Source: an uncultured Chloroflexia bacterium (lineage in GTDB: Bacteria; Chloroflexota; Limnocylindria; Limnocylindrales; CSP1-4). From it: a stretch of 64,000 nucleotides of DNA. Below, one piece after another: positions 39,919-51,804 of the stretch. A program made the position numbers and the translations under genes. Each line of letters starts with the position of its first letter. Position 1 is the stretch's first letter. Where the stretch lies: positions 21,742-85,741 of the forward strand of contig CAWDCJ010000004.1 of the NCBI GenBank assembly GCA_963800795.1. Reading direction: 5' to 3'. The notes beneath the pieces are model-generated. The model did no database searches. It was given only the letters and a program-made list of their open reading frames with translations, and was not told the origin of the DNA.

Positions 39919-40152
39919 TCAGACGATCTCCAGCTGGAACTGCTCGCCGTCGCGGGCGCCGACGACCTTCAGGAGCGTTCGCAGGGCCTTGGCGACACTT
40001 CCGTTCCGGCCGATCACCTTGCCCATGTCGTCTTCCGCGACACGGAGCTCGATGATCGTGGCGCCGGCCTCCTGGCTGACCACGACCTCGACCTGGTCCG
40101 GGTGATCGACGAGCGCTTTGGCGACGAACTCGACGAGCTGGGGGGCGGCCAT
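39919..40152 (-). CDS. KH-domain RNA-binding protein (UPF0109/YlqC-like)
   Basis: MAAPQLVEFVAKALVDHPDQVEVVVSQEAGATIIELRVAEDDMGKVIGRNGSVAKALRTLL. Confidence 0.8.
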   Translation of the reverse strand: MAAPQLVEFVAKALVDHPDQVEVVVSQEAGATIIELRVAEDDMGKVIGRNGSVAKALRTLLKVVGARDGEQFQLEIV

Positions 40153-40164
40153 CGGGGTCCCTTC

Positions 40165-40419
40165 CTACTTCGCGGCCGGCAGGACGCCGGCATTGCGCAG
40201 GAGCCGTTCGACCGTGTCGGTCGGAAGGGCTCCCTTGGCGAGCCACGACTTCGTCTTTTCCACGTCGACCGCGAACTCGACCGGCTCGGTCCGGGGGTTG
40301 TAGTGCCCGAGGATCTCGATCGTGCGGCCGTCACGCGGGCTTCGGCTGTCGGCCACCACGACGCGATACGCCGGCTGCTTCGTTGCACCGACGCGGGTGA
40401 GGCGAATGCGAGCTGCCAT
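40165..40419 (-). CDS. rpsP: 30S ribosomal protein S16
   Basis: [43 protein letters not shown]... is preceded by AGGAGGAG. Confidence 0.9.
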   Translation of the reverse strand: MAARIRLTRVGATKQPAYRVVVADSRSPRDGRTIEILGHYNPRTEPVEFAVDVEKTKSWLAKGALPTDTVERLLRNAGVLPAAK

Positions 40420-40490
40420 GTCCTGGTTCTTCTCCTCCTGCTCGAGGCGCGCCGCCCTCCCGGCCGGCTCACGCCCGTTCTGATGGGTTG

Positions 40491-42245
40491 CTACTTGAAT
40501 ATGACCACGAACTGGCTCGTCCGGGTTCCGGCGGGAGCCTTCTCCACGGCGGCGAAGGCGTCCAGGGGCGCAAGGAACGGCTGCACGTCCGTCGTGTACC
40601 TCGCCTGGTCCGTGGCCGGGATCAGCGATTCCAGGCCTTCCCGGACGCCCGTGATGTTGACGTAGGCATCCACGACGCCGGCTCCGCCGGCGACGTCGAT
40701 CGCGTGCTGGTACCCCGCTTGCGAGGCCAGGCCGGCGCTCGCCGGGGTATCGAGGACGGCTTTCACGAAGTCGACGGTCCCAATGGCGAACAGGCTCCCC
40801 TGGGCCGTGACCGCCAGCGGCGGGGTGGCGACGCCGGCGGCGCCCGTGCCCGGGAGTGCCGGCAGCGTCACCACCGTGATCGTCCCTGCTGCGTACGGCT
40901 GTTGCGCCACGCTGATCCCCGCTCCGCCCCCGGCCAGCGCGAGCACGGCCCGGAGCTGGTCAAGCGTGCGGGTCGCTGCCGCTGGGTCGGTCGCAATGGC
41001 AGCGAGGCCGCCGCCCCAGGTCGTCCCATCGCGGGTGACCGCCAGCGCCGCGTCACCGGCCCAGCCCGCCAGCGACCCGATGCCGCCGATGGCAGCAAGC
41101 GCCGTGTCGACCTTGTCGAGCGCCGCCTTGCCGGCCGGATCGCAGGCAATCCCGGCCTCGATCTCGGACCAGAGCGCCACGAGCGCCGGCCCGGCCTGTC
41201 GGCCTTCGATCGCGATGAGCGTCGTAGCGGGGAGATGTGCGGCGATCGCACTGCTCGTGTCCGTCGCCACCGGGCCCGTAGCCGCGCCAGCCGTTACGGC
41301 CGGGGCGACGTGATCCATCACGAGCGCCCCGCCGGAGGCGTGGGCGAACCCGGCCGACCAGCCCGGCGCGGCCGCCACCGCGCTGTCCAGGCAGGACGCC
41401 GGAACTCCGGCCGCGCCGCCTGCCAGGGACATGAGGGAATGCAGCAGGCTGGCAGTATCCAGGTAGCCGAAGCCGAGATATGCGCCCGGCGCAGCAGCCT
41501 TGGCCGCCATGAACCCGCTGGAGGCGGCGACCGGGCTGGCGCCGTTCGTGTCCAGGGCAGCCTTGACGGTGACCTCGGGCCCCAGGAAGAGGACGGTCCC
41601 GCGCGTGGCCCAGGCGAGGGTCATCCCACCGCGGTCGACGGTCGTGATCGTTCCGTCAGCGTAGGCTGAGGTGGATGCCGTTCCGCCGACCTCTTTCGCG
41701 ACCCAGTCGGTGGCAGCTGCGACGTCCTTGACGCTCGCCAGCACGACGAACCCGCGGTCCGGGGCCTTCGCCGTGGCAGGATCGTTCCGATCGGCCGCCG
41801 CGATGTCGAGCAGGTCGCCCGTCACCGCCACGCCCACCTCTCCGGCGACCCACGGCTTCAGGTCGGACGTCCAGCTGATCCCGGTCTTCTGGAGCACCTC
41901 GTCCAGCGCCTGGTCGATCTTCGAGTCGAGCGAGGCCTGGTCCTTGAACCCCGGGAACGTGGCGATGATGTTGCCGACGTTCTCGCGCTGGTCGCCGGGC
42001 AGGTCCGCCCGGGCCTCCAGGTAGGCAATGGTCCCCGCCGGGATCCAACCCTCGACCGCAGATGTCGTCGCGCCGGATGTCATCAGGACGGTGCCCACCG
42101 AGGCGGCCCCCACCACGAGCGCGACGACGACGAGCGCGACACCCCAGCGCAGGGTGCCGGCCGGGCGCCCCCGCCCACCGGGGGTCGCCGGTCCACCCTG
42201 CAGCGGGCTGCCGGGCTCGACCTGGACCGGTGTGAACTCGGCCAT
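40491..42245 (-). CDS. Large secreted/membrane-anchored hypothetical protein (584 aa), possibly DUF3352-like
   Basis: N-terminal TM/signal anchor ([22 protein letters not shown]). The body is Ala/Gly/Thr-rich with strong GC3. The family call is from memory and weak. Confidence 0.5.
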   Translation of the reverse strand: MAEFTPVQVEPGSPLQGGPATPGGRGRPAGTLRWGVALVVVALVVGAASVGTVLMTSGATTSAVEGWIPAGTIAYLEARADLPGDQRENVGNIIATFPGFKDQASLDSKIDQALDEVLQKTGISWTSDLKPWVAGEVGVAVTGDLLDIAAADRNDPATAKAPDRGFVVLASVKDVAAATDWVAKEVGGTASTSAYADGTITTVDRGGMTLAWATRGTVLFLGPEVTVKAALDTNGASPVAASSGFMAAKAAAPGAYLGFGYLDTASLLHSLMSLAGGAAGVPASCLDSAVAAAPGWSAGFAHASGGALVMDHVAPAVTAGAATGPVATDTSSAIAAHLPATTLIAIEGRQAGPALVALWSEIEAGIACDPAGKAALDKVDTALAAIGGIGSLAGWAGDAALAVTRDGTTWGGGLAAIATDPAAATRTLDQLRAVLALAGGGAGISVAQQPYAAGTITVVTLPALPGTGAAGVATPPLAVTAQGSLFAIGTVDFVKAVLDTPASAGLASQAGYQHAIDVAGGAGVVDAYVNITGVREGLESLIPATDQARYTTDVQPFLAPLDAFAAVEKAPAGTRTSQFVVIFK

Positions 42246-42263
42246 CGTGCGCCTCCCTCGGCC

Positions 42264-43583
42264 TCAGCGGCCGAAGACCCCGGGGAGCCGGCGGCCCCCG
42301 CGGAGCTGTTTCATGAGCTTCTGCATCTCACCGAACTGCTTGACGAGGCGGTTGACCTCGACGATGGAGGTGCCCGATCCCGACGCGATGCGACGGCGCC
42401 GGCTTCCGTTCAGGATCGTCGGGTCGCGCCGCTCGCCCGCGGTCATCGATCGGATGATGGCCTCGGTTCGCCGGAGGTCGCCGCGGTCCACCAAATCCTG
42501 CGCCTGCCGTGCCATCCCGCCAAGACCCGGGATCATCTCCATGACCTGGCCGAGCGGCCCCATCTTCTTGACCTGCTGGAGCTGGTCGAGCATGTCGTCC
42601 AGCGTGAAGCTCCCGGACTGGAGCTTTGCGGCCGCCTTCTGAGCCTGCGTCGCGTCCAAGGTGTCCTGGGCCCGCTCGATGAGCGTCAGGACGTCGCCCA
42701 TCCCAAGGATCCGGCCGGCCAGGCGATCCGGGTGGAACGGCTCCAGGGCGTCGGTCTTCTCGCCCGTGCCGAGGAACTTGACCGGCAGCCCGGTGACCGC
42801 GCTGATCGAGAGCGCGGCGCCGCCGCGTGCGTCCCCGTCGATCTTCGTGAGGACCAGGCCCGTCAGCGGGACCGCCGCGGCGAACGCCTGCGCCACGCCG
42901 ACCGCCTCCTGGCCGGACATCGCGTCGACGACGAGGAGCGTCTCGACCGGCCGGACCGTGCGCATCAGCTCGGTCACCTCGGCCATCAGGACCTCGTCCA
43001 GCGTCAGCCGGCCGGCCGTGTCCAGGATCACCGTGTCGCGGACTTCGTGGCGCGCATGCTCGATCCCGAGCCTGCCGATCTCCGGGACGGCCGTCCCCGC
43101 CGGGGCGGCGAAGACCGGCAGGTCGAGGCTCGCCCCGAGGGTCACCAGCTGCTCGATCGCGGCCGGGCGGTACGGGTCGGCCGCGACCAGCAGCGGACGC
43201 CGCCCGATCTTCACGATGTGGCGGGCAAGCTTGGCGGCGGTCGTCGTCTTGCCGGAGCCCTGCAGACCCACCAGCGCGATCACGGCCGGGTTCCCCGCCA
43301 GGTGGAGCGCGCGATCACCGGCGGAGAGGAGCGCCGTCAGCTCCTCGTTGACGATCTTGACGACCTGCTGGCCGGCGTTGAGCGATGCCAGGATCTCGCT
43401 GCCGGTGGCGCGCTCGCGAACACGGGCCGTGAAGTCCTTGACCACCTTGAAGTTGACGTCCGCCTCCAGGAGCGCCAGCCGCACCTCGCGCATGGCCGTC
43501 TCGACGTCGGCTTCGCTGATCCGGCCGCGACCGGTGAGCGAGCCGAGCGTCCGGCGAAGGCGCTCGGAAAGGGCATCGAACAT
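42264..43583 (-). CDS. ffh: Signal recognition particle protein Ffh
   Basis: LVGLQGSGKTTTAAKLA...DTAGR...M-domain with GMGDVLTLIERAQ...MKKMGPL. Confidence 0.9.
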   Translation of the reverse strand: MFDALSERLRRTLGSLTGRGRISEADVETAMREVRLALLEADVNFKVVKDFTARVRERATGSEILASLNAGQQVVKIVNEELTALLSAGDRALHLAGNPAVIALVGLQGSGKTTTAAKLARHIVKIGRRPLLVAADPYRPAAIEQLVTLGASLDLPVFAAPAGTAVPEIGRLGIEHARHEVRDTVILDTAGRLTLDEVLMAEVTELMRTVRPVETLLVVDAMSGQEAVGVAQAFAAAVPLTGLVLTKIDGDARGGAALSISAVTGLPVKFLGTGEKTDALEPFHPDRLAGRILGMGDVLTLIERAQDTLDATQAQKAAAKLQSGSFTLDDMLDQLQQVKKMGPLGQVMEMIPGLGGMARQAQDLVDRGDLRRTEAIIRSMTAGERRDPTILNGSRRRRIASGSGTSIVEVNRLVKQFGEMQKLMKQLRGGRRLPGVFGR

Positions 43584-43706
43584 GGCTGGGTGCGGACTCC
43601 TGGGGGCGGTGGCCGTGACGACGCTGCGTGCGCCGTCACGTGGTGCGCGGGTTCTGGCGACACCGAAGGGTTCGAGTGTACCCCACCAATCCCGGATCGC
43701 GCCCGG

Positions 43707-44849
43707 TCAGCCGAAGAGCGCCGCCACGAACGCGTCGGGATCGAACGGGAGCAGGTCGCCGATCTTCTCCCCCACTCCGACGAAGCGAACAGGCACCCCG
43801 AGCGCCTGCTCGATCGCGAAGACGATCCCGCCCTTGGCGGTCGAGTCGAGCTTCGTCAGGATGATCCCGGTCAGGCCGGTCGACACGTGGAACGCCTTCG
43901 CCTGGGCAAGGCCGTTCTGTCCCGTGGTCGCGTCGAGGACGAAGAGGACCTCCGGCTGCGCCCCGGGAAGACGGCGGTCGATCACCCGGCGCATCTTCGC
44001 CAGCTCATCCATCAGGTTCGACTTGGTGTGGAGCCTCCCGGCGGTGTCGGCGATCAGCACGTCCACTCGGCGGGCGACGGCCGCGTCGACGGCGTCGTAG
44101 ACCACGGCCGACGGGTCGGCGCCAGGCGCGTGGGCCACGACCTGCGCCCCCGCGCGGTCGCCCCAGGTCCGAAGCTGCTCGATGGCCGCGGCCCGGAACG
44201 TGTCCCCGGCGGCCAATAGCACGGTCTGCCCATCGGCGCGATACCGGGAGGCGAGCTTCCCGATCGTGGTCGTCTTGCCGGTCCCGTTGACCCCCACGAC
44301 GAGGATCACCGCGGGCGAATCCGGCGCTGCCCGGCGGGGCGCCCAGCCCGGGTCGCGGTCGACGAGGAGCGCCGTGAGCTCGGCCCGAACGGCCGCCACC
44401 GGGCCCGCCATGTCGCGACGACGCCGCGCCCGCTCCACGACCTCCAGCGCGAGCGTCGCGCCCACGTCGCCCGCGATGAGGGTCTCCTCGACCGCCTCCC
44501 AGGTGGCGCCATCGGGCTCGCCCCGGCCCAGCAGCCCCTTCAGCCTGGCGACGAAGCCGCCGCGGCTGCGCTCGACGCCCGCCGAGAGGCCCTCGTCGTC
44601 GCGCGCCGGGCCGGTCGCCGGCGTCGCCGTGTCCCCGCGCGGCGGGGCATCCTCGCCGGGCGCGAGCGGGCCGGGCGCCTGGGCGTCTGCCGCGAGCGGG
44701 ACCCCAGCGGCCGGTGCGTGCCCGTCCGGCGATCGGGTGTCGTCCTCTGCTGAGGACCCTGCCCCGGGCTGGGATATGCGCCCACCGTCCAACCCCGCGG
44801 CATCGTCGTCAGGCCGGTCCGGTTCGGAGGGTCGCCGTCGCCAGAACAT
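43707..44849 (-). CDS. ftsY: SRP receptor FtsY
   Basis: [19 protein letters not shown]...[10 protein letters not shown]...[12 protein letters not shown]. Confidence 0.85.
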   Translation of the reverse strand: MFWRRRPSEPDRPDDDAAGLDGGRISQPGAGSSAEDDTRSPDGHAPAAGVPLAADAQAPGPLAPGEDAPPRGDTATPATGPARDDEGLSAGVERSRGGFVARLKGLLGRGEPDGATWEAVEETLIAGDVGATLALEVVERARRRRDMAGPVAAVRAELTALLVDRDPGWAPRRAAPDSPAVILVVGVNGTGKTTTIGKLASRYRADGQTVLLAAGDTFRAAAIEQLRTWGDRAGAQVVAHAPGADPSAVVYDAVDAAVARRVDVLIADTAGRLHTKSNLMDELAKMRRVIDRRLPGAQPEVLFVLDATTGQNGLAQAKAFHVSTGLTGIILTKLDSTAKGGIVFAIEQALGVPVRFVGVGEKIGDLLPFDPDAFVAALFG

Positions 44850-44863
44850 CGCTCGTCGCCCCC

Positions 44864-47800
44864 TCAACCGGCCGGCGTGGAAGCGGGCAGCGCCCGGCCC
44901 CGATCGCCGGCCGCATGCTCGGCGATCGCGGTCGCCTCGTCGAGCCGGAGGCTGATCACCCGGCTCACCGCATCGTCGCCCACGGTGACACCGAAGAGGG
45001 CATCGGCCGCCTCGATCGTCCCGCGGTTGTGGGTGATGACGACGAACTGGGTGGACATCGCCAGCCCCTGGAGCGCCTCGACGAACCGGCCCACGTTCGC
45101 CTCGTCGAGCGCCGCATCGACCTCGTCGAGAACGCAGAACGGCACCGGCCGGACTTCCAGCATCGCGAAGAGAAGCGCGACGGCGGTCAGGGCGCGCTCG
45201 CCTCCCGAAAGCATCGCCAGCGCCTGGGCCTTCTTGCCCGGCGGACGCGCGACGATGTCCACGCCCGTCGCCGCGAGATCGGCCGGGTCGGTGAGGCTCA
45301 ACCGCGCGTAGCCGCCCCCGAAGAGCTGCCGGAAGCGGCGGTCGAAGGCCGCCTCGAGCGCGCTGAAGGTGGCCCGAAACTGGCTCGCGATGAGCGTGTC
45401 GAGCTCGGCGATCAGGGCCCGCGTCCGGTCGATCGCGCGGTCCAGGTCCCGGCGCTGCGTCTCCAGCGTCTCGAGGCGGGAGCGGACCACCGCGTACTCC
45501 TCGACCGCAAATGGGTTGGGTGCGCCAAGCTCGTGGAACCGCCGCCGGAGGGTAGCCAGGCGCCCAGGCGCCACGCTCTCACCGGCGGGAGCCTGCTCCG
45601 CCCAGCGTTCCCCGGCGACCGCCAGCGCGGCTGCGAGGCGCGATCCATCGTCGTCGCCGGCGTCCCCTCCCAGGCAAACCGGAATCGCCCGCCTCGGGCG
45701 CAGCGGCGATGGCCGCGGTGCCGGGCGGTGCGAGCACCTTGATCCCCAGCTCCCCGAGCCCGGCGAGCTCGACGAGCGCTTGCTCGCGGACGGCGTCCAT
45801 CCCGAGACGTGCCTCCAGCTCCCGCACGGTGGCGGCGCGAACCAGCTCGTCGGTCTGCCGAAGGCTGTCACGAGCCCCTCCGACTGCCGTCTCTGCCTGC
45901 CGGAGCCGCTCGCGGTCCGCTGCATCGGCGGCGAGGCAGCGGTCCAGGACCCCACGAGCGGCTTCCTCGCGCGCGCTCGCCTCGGCCAGCTCCCGCTCGC
46001 GCGACGCCCCGCAGGGCGACGAGCGCCTCGTCGCGGACCGCGAGCGCGGCCGCCTCGGCGTCTGCCCGGGCGATCCGCTCCTCGGCGAGCATGGCAGCCG
46101 CTTCTGCCCGGGCGCGCCGACCCTCGGCGGCCCGGCGCCGGGCGTCCAGCTCCGCTCGATCGGCAGCCAGCCGGTCGCGCCTGACGCGCAGGTCCGCCGC
46201 GCGCGCCTCCCACGCCGCCCGGGCACCTCCGGCATCCACCGGCACGCCGTCGGCCTCGGTCGCGCGGTTGACCTCGGACGCCGGGGCGGTACCGGCGGCG
46301 CCATCCGGGCGCGTGAGTGCACCCAGGCGATCGGCGAGCGCCGCCCGCTCGGCCGCGATCACCGCCAGGCGGGACGCAGCCCAGCCGGCCTCCCGGGCTG
46401 CCTGCTCGGCGTCGCGGGTCGCGCGTCGCTCGGCTTCCTCCGTCGACCGGACCCGCGAGGCGGCGTCGCCCTCGGCGGCCCGGGCCTCGGCGTCCGCGGC
46501 CCGGGCCGCCTCCGCCGCGGCGTGAGCGTGCGCAAGGCGCCCATCCGCGTCAACCCGTTCGGCCTCCGCCGCCTCCAGGTCGCGGCGCACGGCTTCGGCT
46601 TCGGCACGACGTTCGAGCGGGGCATCCGCGATCCCGAGGCGGACGCTGCCGGCCGCGGTCACCACCGCACCGGTCCGGGTGGCCACGCTCCATCCCGGGG
46701 GCAGCTTCCCCGCGATCGCCAGGGCGTCCGCGAGCGCCGGCACCCAGGCACACCTGGCGATGAGACGCGAGGCCGCGGCGGCGCCGTCTGCCCGCACGGC
46801 GTCGGCGAGCAGGCCTCCCCCGACACGGGCCACCGCGCCGCGAACGGCCGCGATCTCGGCCGGCGCCGGCGCGGCCGCGCCCGGGCCGGCGGCCTCGTCG
46901 AGCACCACGATCCCTCGCTCCTCGGCCAGCGCGGGGACGTCCGCGTGTCGAACCACGAAGGCGCCCGCAAGCTCACCGAGCGCGGCCGAGACCGCGACCC
47001 GGAGCGACGGCTCAACGTCAAGGCCGGTCGCAAGGGCGCGCCCACCCAGCCGCCGTGCCGCCCGGCCAATTCCCCGGGTCTCGTCCTCGGCGAGCCTCGC
47101 CTCGAGCGCCTGCAGCCGGCCGCGCAGGGTCGCTGCCCGGGCGCCGGCGCTGGCCGCCGCGTCGGCCTCCGTCAGTCGCGCGGCCTCGGCCGTCGCGGCA
47201 ACCGCCCGCGCGGCGTCGCGAGCGCCGGCTGCGGCTGCTCGCGCCGCCCGCACGGCGCGAGCCCGCTCGCGCGCATCCTCGGCTGCCGCCTCGAGCTCGG
47301 TCGCGCGCCGCGCGGTCGACTCGGCCGCCGCCTGCGCCTCGCCGAGCCGCCGGTCGGTTTCGGCCAGGCGGCGCCGTATCCCGTCGACCTCGGCCGCCCG
47401 GGCGTGCGCCGCCCGTCGAAGGGCGGACTCGGCTTCCGATCGCGCGGCCGTGGCGGCCAGCAGCGCCTGCGCCTCGCCGCTCGCCTCGGCGAGCGCGCGC
47501 TCCAGCTCCTCCAGCTCCTGCTCGAGGCTCGGATCCGGCTCCGGCAGCGGCAGCGCGAGCTCGCGCCGGCGCGCCGAAAGCTCCGCCTCGGCCGCCGCGC
47601 GCTCGGTGGCGAGCCGGTCGCGGTCCCGGGCGATCCCGGCGGCCTCCGCCGACGCGCGAGCGGCATCGAGCTGGAGCACTGCCAGCGCCGACCGGGCCGT
47701 CTCGTGGTCCGCCCGCGCGGCCTGCTCCGCGTTCGCCCGAGCGGACAGGGCGCGCGCCGCGTCGGCCGCTCCGTTCTCAGCATTCTGCAACGCGTCCAGG

Positions 47801-48582
47801 GCCAGGGCCGCCGCCCGGCGCGCGGTCGCCAGCTCGCGGTCGGCGTGGCGCTGGGCGCTCGCGACGGCGTGCCAGCGCGTGCCGAGCCGGGTCACGATCG
47901 CCGCCGCCAGCTCCTCGCCCGCCCGGGCGCGCGTGACGTGCTGCTCCGCCTGGGTCGCCAGCCGCCTTGCCTGCGGACGCAGCTCGCCGAGGACGTCGTC
48001 GACGCGCGCGAGGTTCGCGCTGGCCTCTTCGAGCTGCTCCTCCGCCTTTCGGCGCCGCCGTTCGTGTCGCCGCACGCCGGCCACCTCCTCGAAGAGGGGA
48101 CGGCGCTCCTCGGGACGCAACGCGAGGGCCTGGTCGACCATGCCCTGGCCGATGAAGAGGAACGCGTTCTCCGCCAGGTGGGCTGCGTCGAGCAGGTCGA
48201 CCAGATCGCGGAGGCGAACACGCTGCCGATTCACCAGGTAGTCGTTCTCACCCGAGCGATACAGGCGCCGGCCGAGTTCGAGCTGCACGAAGTCCAGCGG
48301 GATAAGCCCATCAGCGTTGTCGAGCACGAGCGAGACGTCGGCCATCCCGAGGGCGGACCGGCGCTCCGAGCCGGCGAACACGACGTCCTCGGAGCGCCGC
48401 GACCGGATCGCCCGACCCTGTTCGCCGAGCGTCCAGCGCAGGGCGTCGGCGAGGTTGCTCTTGCCCGAGCCATTCGGGCCGACAACCGCGTTGATCCCCG
48501 GCGCGAACTCCACCAGCGTCCGGTCGGCGAAGGACTTGAATCCCTGCAGGCGGAGCGCGACGAGGCGTCCCGTCTGGCTCAT
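44864..48582 (-). CDS. smc: Chromosome partition protein Smc; frameshifts near 46015 and ~45880
   Basis: N-terminal [48 protein letters not shown]. Long A/E/R coiled coils. Hinge. C-terminal ...[40 protein letters not shown] is in frame 44864..46213. A short piece is in frame 45579..46322. Confidence 0.85.
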
Positions 48583-49343
48583 GACGCGCCGGGCTCCGGC
48601 CCGCCCCCGGGCGCTGGCGCGTCGCCTGCCTCCCGGCCTCGGAGCGCGGCCAGAGCAGCCTCGGCGGCCGCAGTCTGGGCGGTCCGCAACGAGCCGCCGG
48701 TCCCGGTCCCGATCACCTCATCCCCGACGGTCACCTCGACGACGAACTCCCGCGCGTGATCCGGGCCGGAGGACTGCACGAGGCGGTAGACCGGCCGCTC
48801 GCCGGACCGCTGCGTCAGCTCCTGCAGGCGGCTCTTGGGGCTCTTGAGCGTGCCGGCGGGCGCGTCCGCCTCCAGCTCCGGCGCGGCGAGGTTGCGCAAC
48901 CATCCGCGGACCGCCTGCCAGCCGCGATCGAGGAAGACCGCGCCGGCGAGCGCTTCGAAGGAGGAGGCCAGCAGGGCGTCACGCGCCCGTCCGCCGCGCT
49001 GGGATTCTCCCTCGCCGAGGAGGACCGCGTCGCCGAGGTCGATCCGGCGCGCCAGCCGCGCCAGCCCGTGCGAGCTCACGATGGACGCGCGCCGCGCGGA
49101 CAGGACCCCCTCGTCGTCGTCCGGATGGCGCGCGTGGAGCGCCTCCGAGACGACCAGGCTGATCACCGAGTCGCCAAGGAACTCCAGCCGCTCGTTGTGC
49201 CCGACGGCTCCGCCGGGGTGCTCGTGGAGCCAGCTCCCGTGGACCAGGGCGCGCTCCAGCAGGGCGACGTCGTCGAAAGGGATCCCAAGGCGCACGGCGA
49301 ACGCCGCGGGCGAAGGCGAGGCGCGCGGATCGTCTCCCGGCAA
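48579..49343 (-). CDS. rnc: Ribonuclease III
   Basis: HNERLEFLGDSVISLVVSEAL is the RNase III signature, followed by a C-terminal dsRBD. The listed ATG 49424 would overlap acpP; TTG ~49341-49343 or GTG at VRLG is more likely. Confidence 0.8.
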   Translation of the reverse strand: MPGDDPRASPSPAAFAVRLGIPFDDVALLERALVHGSWLHEHPGGAVGHNERLEFLGDSVISLVVSEALHARHPDDDEGVLSARRASIVSSHGLARLARRIDLGDAVLLGEGESQRGGRARDALLASSFEALAGAVFLDRGWQAVRGWLRNLAAPELEADAPAGTLKSPKSRLQELTQRSGERPVYRLVQSSGPDHAREFVVEVTVGDEVIGTGTGGSLRTAQTAAAEAALAALRGREAGDAPAPGGGPEPGAS

Positions 49344-49356
49344 GGGCCGGGCGCGG

Positions 49357-49593
49357 TCAGCTGGCGTGCTCGTCGATGTAGTCGGAAGCGTCCTGCACGG
49401 TCCGGATCTTCTCGGCTTCCTCATCCGAGATCTCGATCCCGAACTCTTCCTCGAGGCTCATGATGAGCTCGACGAGATCGAGCGAGTCCGCGTTCAGGTC
49501 ATCAACGAAGGAGGCCTCGGGCGTGACCTCCGTCTCGTCGACGCCGAGCTGCTCGACGACGATCTTCTTCAGCCGCTCGTAGGTGGTCGCCAC
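49357..49593 (-). CDS. acpP: Acyl carrier protein
   Basis: [63 protein letters not shown] has the DSL phosphopantetheine site. GTG 49591-49593 with GGAGG upstream. Confidence 0.85.
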   Translation of the reverse strand: MATTYERLKKIVVEQLGVDETEVTPEASFVDDLNADSLDLVELIMSLEEEFGIEISDEEAEKIRTVQDASDYIDEHAS

Positions 49594-50135
49594 TTGCCTG
49601 CACCCTCCTGGAGTCCTGCGGGTTCGTCGGGGTCTGGGTTGCGGGTGGGTCCATCGGGTCCACCGGCCGCGGCCTCCCTGGCAACTCGTCCGAGGACCCC
49701 ATTCACCAGGCGCCGGGCCGGGTCCCCTCCGTAGACCCTTGCCAGCTCGACCCATTCGGCGATCGCCACGCGGGCCGGCGTTGCGGGCGAGTGTAGCACC
49801 TCGCTCATGCCCAGACGGAGCAGGACGCGGTCCATCCGCGCCAGTGTCGTGAGCGGGTATTGAGGCGCTACCGCCTCGATTCGGGCGTCGACCGTGGCTC
49901 GATTCGCATCGACCGCGTTGACCAGGATCCGGGCGTAGATGGCTGTCTCCGGGTCACCCTCGGTTTCGGCGAGATGCCGCTCCAGCACGGCCGTCCCTGT
50001 TCGCTGACCGAACTCCGCCTCGAACAGGGATGCGAGCGCGAGCCGGCGGGCCGCGTGCCGCGCGCGGGGCAGGTCCCCGCGACCCGCGTGTCGCCGCGGG
50101 TGGGCGGCCTCGTGGCGCTGCGGCAGCTCAGGCAC
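49569..50135 (-). CDS. nusB: Transcription antitermination factor NusB
   Basis: [15 protein letters not shown]...[17 protein letters not shown]...[30 protein letters not shown]. The 3' end overlaps acpP by 25 nt, possibly another indel. Asp23-nusB adjacency is conserved. Confidence 0.7.
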   Translation of the reverse strand: MPELPQRHEAAHPRRHAGRGDLPRARHAARRLALASLFEAEFGQRTGTAVLERHLAETEGDPETAIYARILVNAVDANRATVDARIEAVAPQYPLTTLARMDRVLLRLGMSEVLHSPATPARVAIAEWVELARVYGGDPARRLVNGVLGRVAREAAAGGPDGPTRNPDPDEPAGLQEGAGKWRPPTSG

Positions 50136-50442
50136 CGACGCCGTCGACGACGACGCTGACCGCTCCGAGCCTCAGCCCGAGGAGGCGCTCGATTGCCGTG
50201 GCAACCGCGACCTGCACTTCGACGGCGAGCTCGGGCAACGGCTGGGCGGCCCGCGCGACCACCACGACCCGGGCCTCAACCGCACCTTCCCGGAACCGGA
50301 TCCCGACCGCACGCCCGGACAGCGCGCGTCGCCAGGCAGGCCCGCCCCGCCCCACCCGCAGCACGCCGGGCACCTCGAGCGCGGCCCTCCGGATCACGTC
50401 GCGGATGACCGGGTGGCTGACCGCGAGGTCTGGCGCGGTCAC
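50128..50442 (-). CDS. Asp23/Gls24 family stress protein
   Basis: VSHPVIRDVIRRAALEVPGV...VEVQVAVATA is the Asp23 family pattern. Confidence 0.65.
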   Translation of the reverse strand: MTAPDLAVSHPVIRDVIRRAALEVPGVLRVGRGGPAWRRALSGRAVGIRFREGAVEARVVVVARAAQPLPELAVEVQVAVATAIERLLGLRLGAVSVVVDGVGA

Positions 50443-51491
50443 GCCGGCGTCCCTGCCGCGGGCGGCCGGGCCTGCGAACCCTCGGCGTCGACCGTCGGGT
50501 CAGGCGCCCCGGGCAAGGAGGACGCCCCTGGGCGGCGGAAGGTCTCGCCGATCAGCTCCGGCAACCGCACCCGCGCCGCGGCCGCTCCTACCGCGACCGC
50601 GTGCATGATCATCCGCCGCTTGGCGCGACCGTGGGTGATGATCACGGTCCCCCGCACGCCGAGCAGTGGCGAGCCGCCCAGGACCTCGTAGTCGAAGGTG
50701 GCCTGGATCCGGCGAATCCGGGCCGCATCAGGAGGTACGCGAGGCGGCCGCGCAGGCCCGCCTGGAACTCCTTCCGCCAGAGGTCGAAGATGAAGCCGGA
50801 CAGGCCCTCGAAGAACTTGATCGTGACGTTGCCCAGGACCGCGTCGCACACCACGACGTCGGCCGGATGGTGGACGAGGTCCTTGCCCTCCACGTTGCCC
50901 GTGAAGTTCAGCCCGGACGCGTCGAGGAGGGTGGTGGCGCCCTGGATGCGCGCGTCCCCCTTGCCTTTCTCTTCGCCGATCGAGAGGAGCGCGACCCGTG
51001 GCCGCGCCACGCCAAGCGCGCGCTCGGCGAAGAGCGAACCCATGTGCGCGTACTGGACCAGGTTCTCGGCTGTCGAGTCCGGGTTCGCCCCGATGTCGAG
51101 GAGGACGAAGGGGCCGGAGTCGGTGATGAGCTGGATCGCCAGGGCCGGCCGGTCAACCCCGGGGATGCGGCCGAGCCGGAGCACCGCGGCTGCCATCGCC
51201 GGCGCCGGTGTGCCCGGCCGTGATCACCGCGTCCGCGCGGCCACGCTTCACGAGGTCGCAGGCCACCAGGATCGAGGCGTCTCGCTTCTCCCGCAGCGCG
51301 AGGGCCGGGTGCTCATGCATCTCGATCACCTGCCCGGCCGCCTCGAGCGAGACGTTCGGCGGGAGCGCGGCGCCTGCCAGCCCGCGAATCCGCTCCGGGT
51401 CGCCGACAAGGATGAGCTCGTCATCCGGGAACTCCGCCGCGTACAGCAGGGCTCCTGCCACGACCTCGTCGGGCGCGTGGTCGCCCCCCAT
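50439..51491 (-). CDS. plsX: Phosphate acyltransferase PlsX; two frameshifts
   Basis: MGGDHAPDEVVAGAL...VITAGHTGA (51153..51491). Then AMAAAVLRLGRIPGVDRPALA...LLDIGANPD (50642..51196). Then FDYEVLGGSPLLGVRGTVIITHGRAKRR (50439..50849). Confidence 0.8.
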
Positions 51492-51603
51492 CGCATCGAT
51501 CGCGAGGCGGACCTTCCGGGCTGCGCTCGACGCCGCGGACGGTCGTGAGATCCATCGGCGGACTCCGTGGTTGGGCGCCGCGGACGCGGCGCCTGTCCGG
51601 CCG

Positions 51604-51804
51604 TCAGGAGGCGGCTTCGCCGCCCTTCGTCTTGAGCTCCACGACGGCCCGGCCGCGGTAATAGCCGCAGTTCGGGCAGGCGTGGTGGGAGCGCCGCATC
51701 TGGTGGCAGTGCGAGCACTCGACGAGGCTGGGCGTGGTGAGCGCGAGGTGCGCGCGGCGGTCGCCCTGCCGGGCGTGCGATACCTTGCGCTTGGGGAGAC
51801 CCAT
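51604..51804 (-). CDS. rpmF: 50S ribosomal protein L32
   Basis: MGLPKRKVSHARQGDRRAHLALTTPSLVECSHCHQMRRSHHACPNCGYYRGRAV. ATG 51802-51804 with GGAG upstream. Confidence 0.85.
   Translation of the reverse strand: MGLPKRKVSHARQGDRRAHLALTTPSLVECSHCHQMRRSHHACPNCGYYRGRAVVELKTKGGEAAS

Noticed and set aside
49424-49424. ATG 49424 as rnc start
   Set aside because: Would overlap acpP by ~67 nt. The conserved RNase III N-terminus begins much later, so a downstream TTG/GTG is preferred.
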